Below, piece by piece: positions 25,860 to 34,048 of a stretch of DNA of 37,342 nucleotides. The notes under the pieces were generated by a model. The model searched no databases. It saw only the letters and a program-made list of their open reading frames with translations, and was not told the origin of the DNA. The stretch is from Actinomycetota bacterium (GTDB lineage Bacteria > Actinomycetota > UBA4738 > HRBIN12). The stretch is from contig JBGPKY010000002.1 in the NCBI GenBank assembly GCA_041486205.1, positions 1 through 37,342 of the forward strand, given 5' to 3'. Position 1 is the stretch's first letter. The number at the start of each line of letters is the position of its first letter. The translations under genes were made by a program, and so were the position numbers.

Positions 25860-26563
25860 CCGAGGTGCTCCTCCGCGACGGTGAGCAGCACGCGTCGGAA
25901 GTGATTCGAAACCAGGTTCGTAACCGCGGGCAGGAGAGTGTCGAAAGCCTCGACGAGCTCCTTCGCAGCTTCTTCGTCCGATCCCGCTGTGTCACGGATC
26001 GGCTTGCGCACGTGCTCATCGAACAACTCGACGGCTCGCTCGGCTAGGCTCGTGAGCGCGTCGTTCGTGTCCCGGGCGAGCGCGAGCAGATCACTCAGCG
26101 GAAGTCCGAATTCGAGCATCCGTAGCGCCGCGCGCACCATGTCGATGTCGGCGGTCGTGTAGCGCTCTTCGCCGTCGGCGACGCGACCCAGGCGGATCCC
26201 CTCCCGTTCCACCGCCTGGATCAGCGACGCGGGAACGCCGCTTCGCTGCGAGAACTGGTCCAGGGTGAGCAGTTCCTCCTTCGGCCCCTCCCCGCGAGCC
26301 AGCGCCACGGCCACCGCCAGATCGGCATCGGGCCCGACGAGATCGTCGTCGATGACTCGTTTGATCGCGGTTAGCGTCAAACCCTTCCGCTGGAGCAAGC
26401 GAACCTCGCGGATGCGGGAAGCGTGCTCGGGTCCGTACCAAGCGACGCGCCCTTCCCGCGCGGGCGGAGGGAGCAGCCCGCGTGTTTGGTAGTAGCGCAC
26501 GGTGTCCACGGAGACCTCGCACGTGGCTGCGAGCTGCTCGACCCGGTACCTCACGACCGACAA
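25856..26563 (-). CDS. MerR-family transcriptional regulator with two tandem MerR-type HTH domains
   Basis: 235 aa. First HTH YRVEQLAATCEVSVDTVRYYQTRGLLPPPAREGRVAWYGPEHASRIREVRLLQRKGLTLTAIKRVI. Second MerR-like unit LTLDQFSQRSGVPASLIQAVEREGIRLGRVADGEERYTTADIDMVRAALRMLEFGLPLSDLLAL. Its stop overlaps the menG ATG (ATGA). Start is TTG 26563, or the GTG three codons in. Confidence 0.8.
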   Translation of the reverse strand: MSVVRYRVEQLAATCEVSVDTVRYYQTRGLLPPPAREGRVAWYGPEHASRIREVRLLQRKGLTLTAIKRVIDDDLVGPDADLAVAVALARGEGPKEELLTLDQFSQRSGVPASLIQAVEREGIRLGRVADGEERYTTADIDMVRAALRMLEFGLPLSDLLALARDTNDALTSLAERAVELFDEHVRKPIRDTAGSDEEAAKELVEAFDTLLPAVTNLVSNHFRRVLLTVAEEHLG

Positions 26564-26591
26564 CTCTACGAGTGTTCGCTCGAATGGTCAC

Positions 26592-26608
26592 GCCTCGGGC
26601 CCCGAGGC
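26592..26608 (-). terminator. GC-rich hairpin between the anti-sigma gene and the MerR-menG-menF unit (candidate terminator/attenuator, no U-tract)
   Basis: GCCTCGG-GCC-CCGAGGC: 7-bp perfect stem with a 3-nt loop, 10 nt downstream of the anti-sigma stop (26618) and 29 nt upstream of the MerR start (26563). Confidence 0.3.
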
Positions 26609-26617
26609 TCGCGGGCG

Positions 26618-27376
26618 CTATGGCGTGATGCGCTTGAACGCGTAGGACAAGAACGAGCAGTCGCTCTTCGCGACGATCCAAACGACGACCTTCGCCGGCG
26701 GCTGATCGGCTCCGGGGGTTTGCAGGAAGACCGCGAGATAGGCCGGTGTCCCGTGGAAGCTTGCGTCGATCAAGCGGACCAGCGAATCGTTCGCAGTGAG
26801 TCCGTCCCCGACGCCCTTCGACACGCAGGCTACGGCGGCGGTCGACCGCTCCAAGCTGGCGCCTGAAGGGGAAGCCCCGGCCATGATCACGCTCGGCGCG
26901 AACGACGAGGCGAGCTGCTCGACGGTCGTCTCCGTGTAGTCGATCTTCTGGAACTCGACGGGTACCGGGCTCGCTTCCCCGCCCTTCATCGTGTCCTGCG
27001 CAGGAGCGCGCGTAGGGCTCCCGGCGACCGAAGCGGCCCGGTTCGAGCTTCCGGGCGCGTTCGAGAGATTGAGGGCAACCACCGTGACCAGCGCAGCCGC
27101 AGCAGCTAGGCCGGCAGCCCACTGGAGACGTGCGGTCCAAGGGGTTCGTTCGGGCTTCCGTGAGGGTCGGCTGGCTTCGGTGACGACCCGCGTCGTCGAT
27201 CCGAACGGAACAGGCTCCTCGGGGAGGTCCGAAAGGGCCGCTATCGCCCGCGTCGCCAGCGCGAGTTCTTCGAGGCACGTTCCACAGGTAGCGAGGTGCG
27301 CGTCGACGGCGGCTCGTTCCTTGACGGTTAGGGTGCCGTCGGCATATCCGGCGAGGAGCTCCTCGGGGTGGTTCAT
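26618..27376 (-). CDS. Anti-sigma factor (zf-HC2, single TM, extracytoplasmic domain of unknown family)
   Basis: 252 aa. N-terminal H-x3-C-x2-C (DAHLATCGTC), TM helix ..LQWAAGLAAAAALVTVVAL... ATG overlaps the sigma-factor stop (ATGA). Confidence 0.75.
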   Translation of the reverse strand: MNHPEELLAGYADGTLTVKERAAVDAHLATCGTCLEELALATRAIAALSDLPEEPVPFGSTTRVVTEASRPSRKPERTPWTARLQWAAGLAAAAALVTVVALNLSNAPGSSNRAASVAGSPTRAPAQDTMKGGEASPVPVEFQKIDYTETTVEQLASSFAPSVIMAGASPSGASLERSTAAVACVSKGVGDGLTANDSLVRLIDASFHGTPAYLAVFLQTPGADQPPAKVVVWIVAKSDCSFLSYAFKRITP

Positions 27377-27957
27377 CTCGTTCCCTCTGACGGTTCCGGC
27401 GTCTGCGGGCGTTCCCGGGTGGACGGCTCGCCCATGGCTCGCGCGAGGGCAACCCGCCCGCGGTGCAGGCGCGACTTCACCGTCCCGATCGGGATCTCGA
27501 GCACGCGCGCGATGTCCTCGTACGCGAGGTCCTGAACGTCATGGAGCACCAGCACGACGCGGAAGTCCTCGGTCACTTCCATCAGGGCACGCTTCACGTC
27601 GATCGCCCCGATCGTCGCATCCGAGTGGTCGGGCGCGGGCGGTGGCTCGACCTCGTGGTTCTCAAGCCGGTCCAGCAGCGGGCCGCGCTGGCGTTTGCGC
27701 AGGAGGTCGTAGCAGGCGTTCACCGTCACGCGATGCATCCACGTCGTGAATGCGGCTTCGCCGCGGAACGACGACAGCTTGCGGAGCGCGGTGAGGAACG
27801 CCTCCTGGGTGGCGTCACGTGCGTCCTCTTCGCGACCGGTCATCCGCAGAGCGAGGTTGTACATGCGCCGCTCGTGGCGCTCGACGAGAACGCCGAAGGC
27901 CGACCGGTCTCCTCCGACATAGCGCCGGACGAGATCCTCGTCCCTCTCCTCGCTCAT
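27373..27957 (-). CDS. ECF (group 4) RNA polymerase sigma factor, SigM-like by position
   Basis: Track ORF 27373..28032. ATG at 27957 (MSEERDEDLVRRYVGGD..) overlaps the kinase-like gene stop (ATGA). Region 2 ..DATQEAFLTALRKLSSFRGEAAFTTWMHRVTVNACYDLLRKR... Region 4 ..VLVLHDVQDLAYEDIARVLEIPIGTVKSRLHRGRVALA... Confidence 0.9.
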   Translation of the reverse strand: MSEERDEDLVRRYVGGDRSAFGVLVERHERRMYNLALRMTGREEDARDATQEAFLTALRKLSSFRGEAAFTTWMHRVTVNACYDLLRKRQRGPLLDRLENHEVEPPPAPDHSDATIGAIDVKRALMEVTEDFRVVLVLHDVQDLAYEDIARVLEIPIGTVKSRLHRGRVALARAMGEPSTRERPQTPEPSEGTR

Positions 27958-29129
27958 GCCTCGCCCATCACCTTCAGATCGGCGATCTCGGCCCGGTGCC
28001 CGTCGGGTACGGGTACCACCGTCGTGATCCACACCAGCACGTAACGTCCGACCGTGGGCTTCAGCGACCCCCGTATATCCTGCGCCGCAACGAAATCCGG
28101 GCCGCCGCGGGCGACTAGCGTGCGCGGGTCGTTGCCAACCAGGACCTCGAAACGGAACCCTGGTGCGGGGGTCCGCAGCTCGAACCCGGTCACCGTTCTC
28201 GGTCGTCCCAGATCCAAGAGCACGCCCACGCCGGGCTTGTACATGATCCCGTCGAAGTAGTTCTCAGATTTCCAAACGGTGGGAAGAGCCCCGTCCGTCA
28301 CGAACGCGAGGCCGGCGTCGTTCTCCACGTTGTCGCCGAAAGGGTCGAACGCCGAGACGCCCGTCACCGGAAGGGTGACTATCGCGGGCGGCGGTGGGGG
28401 TTCCTCGTGTCGATGCAGCCGAACCCCCAGCGGGCCGCCGACCTGCAGCTCGCCCAGCGAGAGTCCGACAGCGATGAGTGCTGCGCCGAGCAGCACCACG
28501 ACCGCGGGAACGAGCAGCCAGCTCCGGAACCACGACGTCCTTTCGCGCGGCTGTGGAGCGACCTCGGGCTCGCGGTGCGCTATCTCCTCGAGTTCGGTGA
28601 GGAACCCATCGCGACCGTCGGCAACCTTCTGGGCCTCGGCGCCTCCCAGCGCGGTCAGCCCCAAGTCCGTCACCCGAACCCGCCCGCCGGCCTCGATCAT
28701 CACGTTCTCCGGCTTCAGGTCGAGATGCTCCAGCCCTGCCGCTCGCGCCGCGGAAAGGGCGTCTTGGACCTGCATCGCGATCGACGCCGCCTCGCGCGGC
28801 CCCGGCATCCCATCGCGGGCGAGGCGTTCGCGCAGACTCTCACCCTCGACGTGTTCGCGAACGAGGTACGCCACCCCGTCCTCCGTCCCGACGTCGAGCA
28901 ACGGCACCAAACCGGGGTGATGGACGCAAGACACGACGCGGGCGGCTTCGAAGAGACGTTCGGCGAAGTCCGGCGGATCGGATGGGTCGGGTAGCATCAG
29001 CTTCACTGCGACGGTGCGATCGAGAACCGTGTCGAGCGCTCGCCATACGAGCCCGGCGTCGCTACGTCCGATCGGTTCCTCGAGGACGTATCGCCCTGCG
29101 AGCACGGTGGGCGGGCGTTCGGTCTTCAC
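27954..29129 (-). CDS. Membrane-anchored protein kinase-family remnant (N-lobe plus catalytic loop only) with extracytoplasmic discoidin/galactose-binding-like domain
   Basis: 391 aa. Degenerate G-loop IGRSDAGLVW, VAVK lysine, HLDLKPENVM catalytic loop, DLG at aa 155-157. Only ~45 aa then separate DLG from a TM helix (aa ~203-225), so there is no APE motif and no C-lobe. Next come a Pro-rich linker and ..FVTDGALPTVWKSENY..VLLDLGRPRTVTGFELRT..FRFEVLVGND..GRYVLVWITTV..AEIADLKVMG, an F5/8-type-C-like pattern. Confidence 0.8.
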   Translation of the reverse strand: MKTERPPTVLAGRYVLEEPIGRSDAGLVWRALDTVLDRTVAVKLMLPDPSDPPDFAERLFEAARVVSCVHHPGLVPLLDVGTEDGVAYLVREHVEGESLRERLARDGMPGPREAASIAMQVQDALSAARAAGLEHLDLKPENVMIEAGGRVRVTDLGLTALGGAEAQKVADGRDGFLTELEEIAHREPEVAPQPRERTSWFRSWLLVPAVVVLLGAALIAVGLSLGELQVGGPLGVRLHRHEEPPPPPAIVTLPVTGVSAFDPFGDNVENDAGLAFVTDGALPTVWKSENYFDGIMYKPGVGVLLDLGRPRTVTGFELRTPAPGFRFEVLVGNDPRTLVARGGPDFVAAQDIRGSLKPTVGRYVLVWITTVVPVPDGHRAEIADLKVMGEA

Positions 29130-29177
29130 CGGCGCAGTCTAAGCCTCGTCGCGCGCGAACAAGCCGAAGGCCCGTGC

Positions 29178-29582
29178 TCAGAGCGACGGCGGCGAAGAGG
29201 TATCGGTCGAGGACGCCTTCGTGAAATGTCTCAGGAACCCGATGCGCCCGGCGAGGATCGTTCCGATCTTCTTCACCACCGTAAGGGTCACGGCGCCCGT
29301 CGCCGGGTCGATGACGAGGGAGACGAGCCTCGCACCCGGAGCGGTCGCTTGGATCGTGGCGATCGCAGCCTTCTCGGCCTCGGTCCGACTTCGGGTGGAC
29401 TTGTACGCGGAGGCCGCGTCGAACGAAGCCGACTGCGCCGCGTCGGCGACCTTGAATCGCGAGTAGAGGATCGTGATCGTGTCGATCGAGGCGACCACGA
29501 ACAGCGCGAGGATCAGGAGCCACACGACCAAGATCTTGCCGACCAGCCCGCGCTGGTCGCTCAGCCGTCCCCTTGCCATCAT
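29178..29582 (-). CDS. Hypothetical single-pass membrane protein
   Basis: Track ORF 29178..29759 trimmed to the ATG at 29582, which overlaps the murJ stop (ATGA). MMARGRLSDQRGLVGKILVVWLLILALFVVASIDTITILYSRFKVADAAQSASFDAA.. has one N-terminal TM followed by ~90 aa. No family recognised. Confidence 0.5.
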   Translation of the reverse strand: MMARGRLSDQRGLVGKILVVWLLILALFVVASIDTITILYSRFKVADAAQSASFDAASAYKSTRSRTEAEKAAIATIQATAPGARLVSLVIDPATGAVTLTVVKKIGTILAGRIGFLRHFTKASSTDTSSPPSL

Positions 29583-31162
29583 CCGCGCCGCCTCGCCTTG
29601 AGCTGCTTCCTCACGATATCGACCTCGTCCGTTCGCAAGATAAGCGCCACGAGAACGAACGCAAGTAGCCCGGCCCCGACGGCCGCCCCGACCTGCGCGA
29701 GTTGGGCGACGAAGGTCGTCGTCCCGAAGACGTTTGCCATCCCACGCGCAACGGCCCAAGCAGTGGCCGCCGTAACGCCCCCGGCGAGAAACGTCCGCCC
29801 CATCCCGGCCAGCACGTGTGGTCCTTCGATCCCGCCGAGACGGCTTCGGATCACCACGAGGGCGGCTATGGACGCGAACGTGTAGGCGGTCGCGTGCCCG
29901 AGGGCGAGCCCGCGTACGCCGAGCCCGAACCCGAAGTAGAAGAGGAAGTTGACCGCGATGTTCAGCCCGGTCGCGGCGGCGTTGATCAGCGCCGGTGTCC
30001 GCGTGTCCTGCATCGAGTAGAACGCCCGCAGCAGGAGCTGGAACAGCGAGAACGGGAACAGCCCGATCGCGAAGAACGCGAGGATCGAGGCGACGCGTTC
30101 GGTGCTCGCGGAGCTCGCAACGCCATGTTGGAGGATCAACCGCACGATCGGTGTCGTGAGCACGAGATAGCCGAGCGCCGCCGGTATCACGATGAACGCG
30201 GTGACGCGGATCCCCTGGGCGAGGAGGCGTCGGAACCCGTCACGGTCGCCGTCCGCCCAACGCCCCGACATCGCCGGCAGGAGCGCCGTGAAGATCGAGA
30301 CCGCGAAGATCGCGTGTGGGAGTTGGAAGATCATGAACGCGTTCACGTAGGCGGAGTAGTCGCCCTTCGCGCGGACGGCGAGGACCAGCACGATCAGGTA
30401 GCCGATCTGGTTCACGATCACGTACACGACCGCCCACTTCGCGAGGTGCGCGATACGGCGCACGGCCTCGTGGCGCCAATCGCCTCGCCAACGGAACCGG
30501 AACCCGAGCTTGCGCAGGGAAGGCCAAAGCGCCGCCGTCATCGCGACGATCCCGAGCGTCGTACCGATCGCGAGGACGAGCCTCTGCGCCGTGGTCACAA
30601 CGCTCCCTGGGCTCAGCCGATCGGGGCCGGCCATCAGGGCGAACGTCGTGAACGTCGCGATGACCACGAGGTTGTTGAGGATCGGCGCGAACATCGGCGC
30701 CGCGAACCGTCGGTGCGCGTTCAGCAGTCCGGCCGCGACGGCGCCGATCCCGTAGAAGAGGATCTGCGGCATGAACCATCGAAGGAAGAACGTGCCGAGC
30801 TCGCGCGTGGCCTGGGCGTCCGGGCCGTGGTCGCCGATCGTGTAGAGACGGATCACGAGCGGAGCGGCGAGGATGCCTGCGACGGCGATGGACCCGAGCA
30901 CGACGATCGCGATCGTGAGGATCCGGCGCGCCGCGTCCCACGCTTCTTCCTGCCCGCGCATCTGGAGCCACTCGACGAACACCGGCACGAAAACCGACGA
31001 GAGGATGCCGCCGAGCGCGAGCTCATAGATGATGTTCGGTGTCGTGTTCGCGACGTTGTAGGCGTCGGTGATGCGGTTCTCGACGACGCCGATGGCGACG
31101 GCCATCGCGGACACGCGCAGAAGGCCCGTGATGCGGGACAGCGCCGTGCCGACCGACATCAC
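29579..31162 (-). CDS. murJ: Lipid II flippase MurJ (MviN)
   Basis: 527 aa, polytopic. ..SVGTALSRITGLLRVSAMAVAIGVVENRITDAYNVANTTPNIIYELALGGILSSVFVPVF.. is the canonical MurJ N-terminus. GTG 31162 or ATG 31159 start. Confidence 0.9.
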   Translation of the reverse strand: MMSVGTALSRITGLLRVSAMAVAIGVVENRITDAYNVANTTPNIIYELALGGILSSVFVPVFVEWLQMRGQEEAWDAARRILTIAIVVLGSIAVAGILAAPLVIRLYTIGDHGPDAQATRELGTFFLRWFMPQILFYGIGAVAAGLLNAHRRFAAPMFAPILNNLVVIATFTTFALMAGPDRLSPGSVVTTAQRLVLAIGTTLGIVAMTAALWPSLRKLGFRFRWRGDWRHEAVRRIAHLAKWAVVYVIVNQIGYLIVLVLAVRAKGDYSAYVNAFMIFQLPHAIFAVSIFTALLPAMSGRWADGDRDGFRRLLAQGIRVTAFIVIPAALGYLVLTTPIVRLILQHGVASSASTERVASILAFFAIGLFPFSLFQLLLRAFYSMQDTRTPALINAAATGLNIAVNFLFYFGFGLGVRGLALGHATAYTFASIAALVVIRSRLGGIEGPHVLAGMGRTFLAGGVTAATAWAVARGMANVFGTTTFVAQLAQVGAAVGAGLLAFVLVALILRTDEVDIVRKQLKARRRG

Positions 31163-31233
31163 GGCCGTGTTGCGCGCGAACGCGGCGCGCGAGTCCTCCA
31201 GCGGGAGCTCCGGTGATTCGGGCGTGTCGGGAG

Positions 31234-33273
31234 TTACGAGGTCCGACGTGGCAGGAACCTCCTCGACCAGAGCGCGAGCAGCACGAGGGCCGCGCCGAGC
31301 GTGATCAACAGAGCGATGCGGTTGTACGCGGTCGAGCGCACGATCAAGGTGGACTGACCGATGGTTCGCCCGGACGGGGATACGACGACGATCTGAACGG
31401 GGAAGCGGCCGGTCGTTCGCAGCGAGACCGACATCGAGAGCGTGACCGTCGTATCGGCGGCGAGAACCCTCGTTTGCTGGGGAGTCGTCTTCAGGTGCGG
31501 CGAGACGAGCCGGACGGTCACCCGCAGCGGCTCATCGGTCCCGTTCGTCACTCTGATCGGGATGGCGTTGCCGGTGCTGGAAGTGAGCGTGACTATCTGG
31601 TCGGCATCGGGTCGGATGCCGCTGAACACCGCTCCCACCGTGTCCCGGACACTCCGGATGAAGGCGAGACCTCCGGAGGGATCGTTCACGAACTGCCCCG
31701 ACTCCGCCAGCAGCAGGTCGGTTTCGAGTTGATCGGGAAGCGGGCTCTGATCGACCAGCATCGAGCGGTAGATGTCGATCCGTCGGCTCGTCTGCTTCAG
31801 CTCGTCGACATAGTCGCGCGAGAAGACCGAGATAGGCGATGGGATGAGGCGGGTCGCGCCATCGGCCGCAGGGAACGTCGCGTTTAGGTCGGTAGCCCTT
31901 CGCGGGGCGAGCCACGGCGCCCCCTCGATCCCTCGCACCAACGTGCCGAAGAACGGACCGGGTAGCACGAGGGCCTCGGGCAGAGTGAGCGCTATCCCAC
32001 GTTCGACCCCCGGCTGCTCGAGCCAGATCTGCGCGAGCTCGCCGATCACCGCGTGTGCGGCAAGGACCGGGTCGCTCACGAGCAACGGCGATGTCAGGAG
32101 CGTCTCGGTTCCTGCATCGGGAACTATGGCGGAGACGGTCCCGATGCCCGACGTGAGCGCCGCCGTTGGCGGCGCCGCGAATCCGTTGGGCTGAGGTGCC
32201 GCCGGCGCAGAGGCGGGGTCGAGCAACAGTAGCAACGGCCCCTGCGCCGCAAGCGCATCGAGGGTTTCCTGGTCGAGCATCGAGTTGGGAGGCCGAAGTA
32301 GTTGAGTCACTGGGCTCACGCCGAGGGCCGTTCCAACGATCTCGCGGCCGCGTTCGAGCTGGATCGGGAGATCGCGTTCGAGTCCGCTCTCCACCAGTGC
32401 GGGCAGTGAGGGGGAGGAGAAGGGGAGCGCCGAGAGCTCGACTCCGGGGCCGGCAGCGATCTGTTTCAGCTCCGTAAGGGCATCGGCGGCGGCGGCTGCG
32501 CCGCCCTGTCCGGTCGCGACCGTCCGAGTTGTCCCGCCGTCCACGACGGAGTAGCCGGAGCGCATCCGCTGGAGTTGTGTCACGAGCGTTGGGGCGACGA
32601 CCACGTCGACGGGAACGGCGGCCGGGTCCTGCGCGAGTACGGCCAACGCGCGCAGCTCGCCCGCGAGCTGCCCTCCCGGCGCCAGCGATCGCTCCAGGGC
32701 GGTACTTTCGAACACGCCGTCCGGCCCGAAGATGATCGGTTCGTATAGGACGAAGGTCCACGTCAGCGCGAGCGGGATCTCTGGGCGCCTCACGAGGTAT
32801 ACGACCGGCGAGCGAACAGCGGCGAGTGAGGTGAAGGCGCTCCGTAGATCGATCTTCATGGGGTAGACGTAGGACTGTGTCGCGCTGAGCCCGGCGGTCG
32901 ATAGGTCGAGGGAGATCTGGAAGGTTCGTGTGGCGCCGGCCTCGATGGAGCCTTCGCGTGAGAGGGTCTCCGTGACTATCCCGACGCTCGTCGGGTCTGC
33001 GACGAGCGATCGCTCGTACTCACTGCGCGAGGTAGCGGGGCCCCAGAGCGTCACGCCGAGCGAGAGATCGGTAACTGCGGTAACGCCCGTATTTTCGGCT
33101 TGCACCTGTACGTCGAGCATCGGTTGGTCGGCTGAGTTCCATGGGGTCTGGGTTACGAGCGTCATCCGCACGGAGCTCGGTGTCTGCGCGGCGGCCGGCG
33201 ACATGGGAACGAGGAACAGCGCGGGAACGATGGCGAGGAGCGCGGCGAGCCGGTGCATGGTCGGCGCGGTCAT
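31234..33273 (-). CDS. Large secreted, C-terminally membrane-anchored protein of unknown function (Rv3909/DUF6049-like by position and architecture)
   Basis: 679 aa. Signal-peptide-like N-terminus MHRLAALLAIVPALFLVPMSPAAAQ, C-terminal TM ..RIALLITLGAALVLLALWSRRFLPRR. Sits directly upstream of murJ as in other Actinobacteria. Family assignment not verifiable here. Confidence 0.7.
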   Translation of the reverse strand: MTAPTMHRLAALLAIVPALFLVPMSPAAAQTPSSVRMTLVTQTPWNSADQPMLDVQVQAENTGVTAVTDLSLGVTLWGPATSRSEYERSLVADPTSVGIVTETLSREGSIEAGATRTFQISLDLSTAGLSATQSYVYPMKIDLRSAFTSLAAVRSPVVYLVRRPEIPLALTWTFVLYEPIIFGPDGVFESTALERSLAPGGQLAGELRALAVLAQDPAAVPVDVVVAPTLVTQLQRMRSGYSVVDGGTTRTVATGQGGAAAAADALTELKQIAAGPGVELSALPFSSPSLPALVESGLERDLPIQLERGREIVGTALGVSPVTQLLRPPNSMLDQETLDALAAQGPLLLLLDPASAPAAPQPNGFAAPPTAALTSGIGTVSAIVPDAGTETLLTSPLLVSDPVLAAHAVIGELAQIWLEQPGVERGIALTLPEALVLPGPFFGTLVRGIEGAPWLAPRRATDLNATFPAADGATRLIPSPISVFSRDYVDELKQTSRRIDIYRSMLVDQSPLPDQLETDLLLAESGQFVNDPSGGLAFIRSVRDTVGAVFSGIRPDADQIVTLTSSTGNAIPIRVTNGTDEPLRVTVRLVSPHLKTTPQQTRVLAADTTVTLSMSVSLRTTGRFPVQIVVVSPSGRTIGQSTLIVRSTAYNRIALLITLGAALVLLALWSRRFLPRRTS

Positions 33274-33274
33274 A

Positions 33275-34048
33275 CTATCCCCGGTGGGCGAGCAGGGCGG
33301 CGAGCTCCCGGACCCCGTAGAAGATGGCGACGGCGATCAGGAAGAGCCCCACCGAGATCCGAAGGGTGCGCTCCCGGGTTCCGATTGCGAGCTTCGCACC
33401 GATCCTGGCTCCGGGGACGACGCCGACCGTCAGAGCCGCGAAGATCGCCCAGTCGATGTGGTCGAGCCACGCGTGAACGATGGTTCCGGGCACGACGAAC
33501 GCCGACATCGTCACTAGCGAGGTGCCTAGGGCTCGCTTCAGTGGCATCCCGAGCATGGTGGTGAACACCGGCACCATGATGATGCCGCCTCCGATCCCGA
33601 GGAGTCCTGACACGAACCCGGCTACGAGCCCGATCGACGCGTACTGCCAACCCGGCGTGCTGCCCCTCGGACGTGTCGCGAACTTCTTCCCTAGGAGGAC
33701 CTGTACCGCCGTGTACGCGATCAAGATCGCGGTGACGAATAGGAGGAAGTGAGCGTTGACCTGATCGGTAAGAGCGGCGCCCGCGACGGCACCCACAACG
33801 CCCGGTCCTACCGCCCATCGAGCGGCGCGGAAGCTCACCTCGCCGGCGCGGGCGTACGTGAATGCGCCGACCAGCGAGGTCGGGAAGATGACCGGAAGCG
33901 GGGTCGCTATGGCCTGGATGGCCGAGCCACCCAGGAGGACGTTGATCGCCGGCGTGGTGACGATCCCTCCGCCCACCCCGAACAGTCCGGAGAGGACCCC
34001 GGCTCCCAACCCGACGAGGATGGCGATGACGACCTGGAGGGTCGTCAT
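33275..34048 (-). CDS. TauE/SafE (DUF81) family anion exporter
   Basis: Track ORF 33275..34132 trimmed to the ATG at 34048 (MTTLQVVIAILVGLGAGVLSGLFGVGGGIVTTP..). Repeated GxGGG motif (..GFVSGLLGIGGGIIMVP..) typical of TauE. The ATG shares one nt with the NUDIX stop (TGATG). Confidence 0.85.
   Translation of the reverse strand: MTTLQVVIAILVGLGAGVLSGLFGVGGGIVTTPAINVLLGGSAIQAIATPLPVIFPTSLVGAFTYARAGEVSFRAARWAVGPGVVGAVAGAALTDQVNAHFLLFVTAILIAYTAVQVLLGKKFATRPRGSTPGWQYASIGLVAGFVSGLLGIGGGIIMVPVFTTMLGMPLKRALGTSLVTMSAFVVPGTIVHAWLDHIDWAIFAALTVGVVPGARIGAKLAIGTRERTLRISVGLFLIAVAIFYGVRELAALLAHRG

Noticed and set aside
26091-27452. 453-aa minus-strand ORF spanning the MerR 5' end, the intergenic hairpin and the anti-sigma gene
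   Set aside because: Off-frame overlap of two motif-supported genes. The product is Arg/Gly/Pro-rich junk.
29702-31216. 504-aa plus-strand ORF opposite murJ
   Set aside because: Extremely Arg/Asp/Glu/His-rich with no hydrophobic core or motif. It exactly shadows the well-supported MurJ frame and is an antisense artefact.
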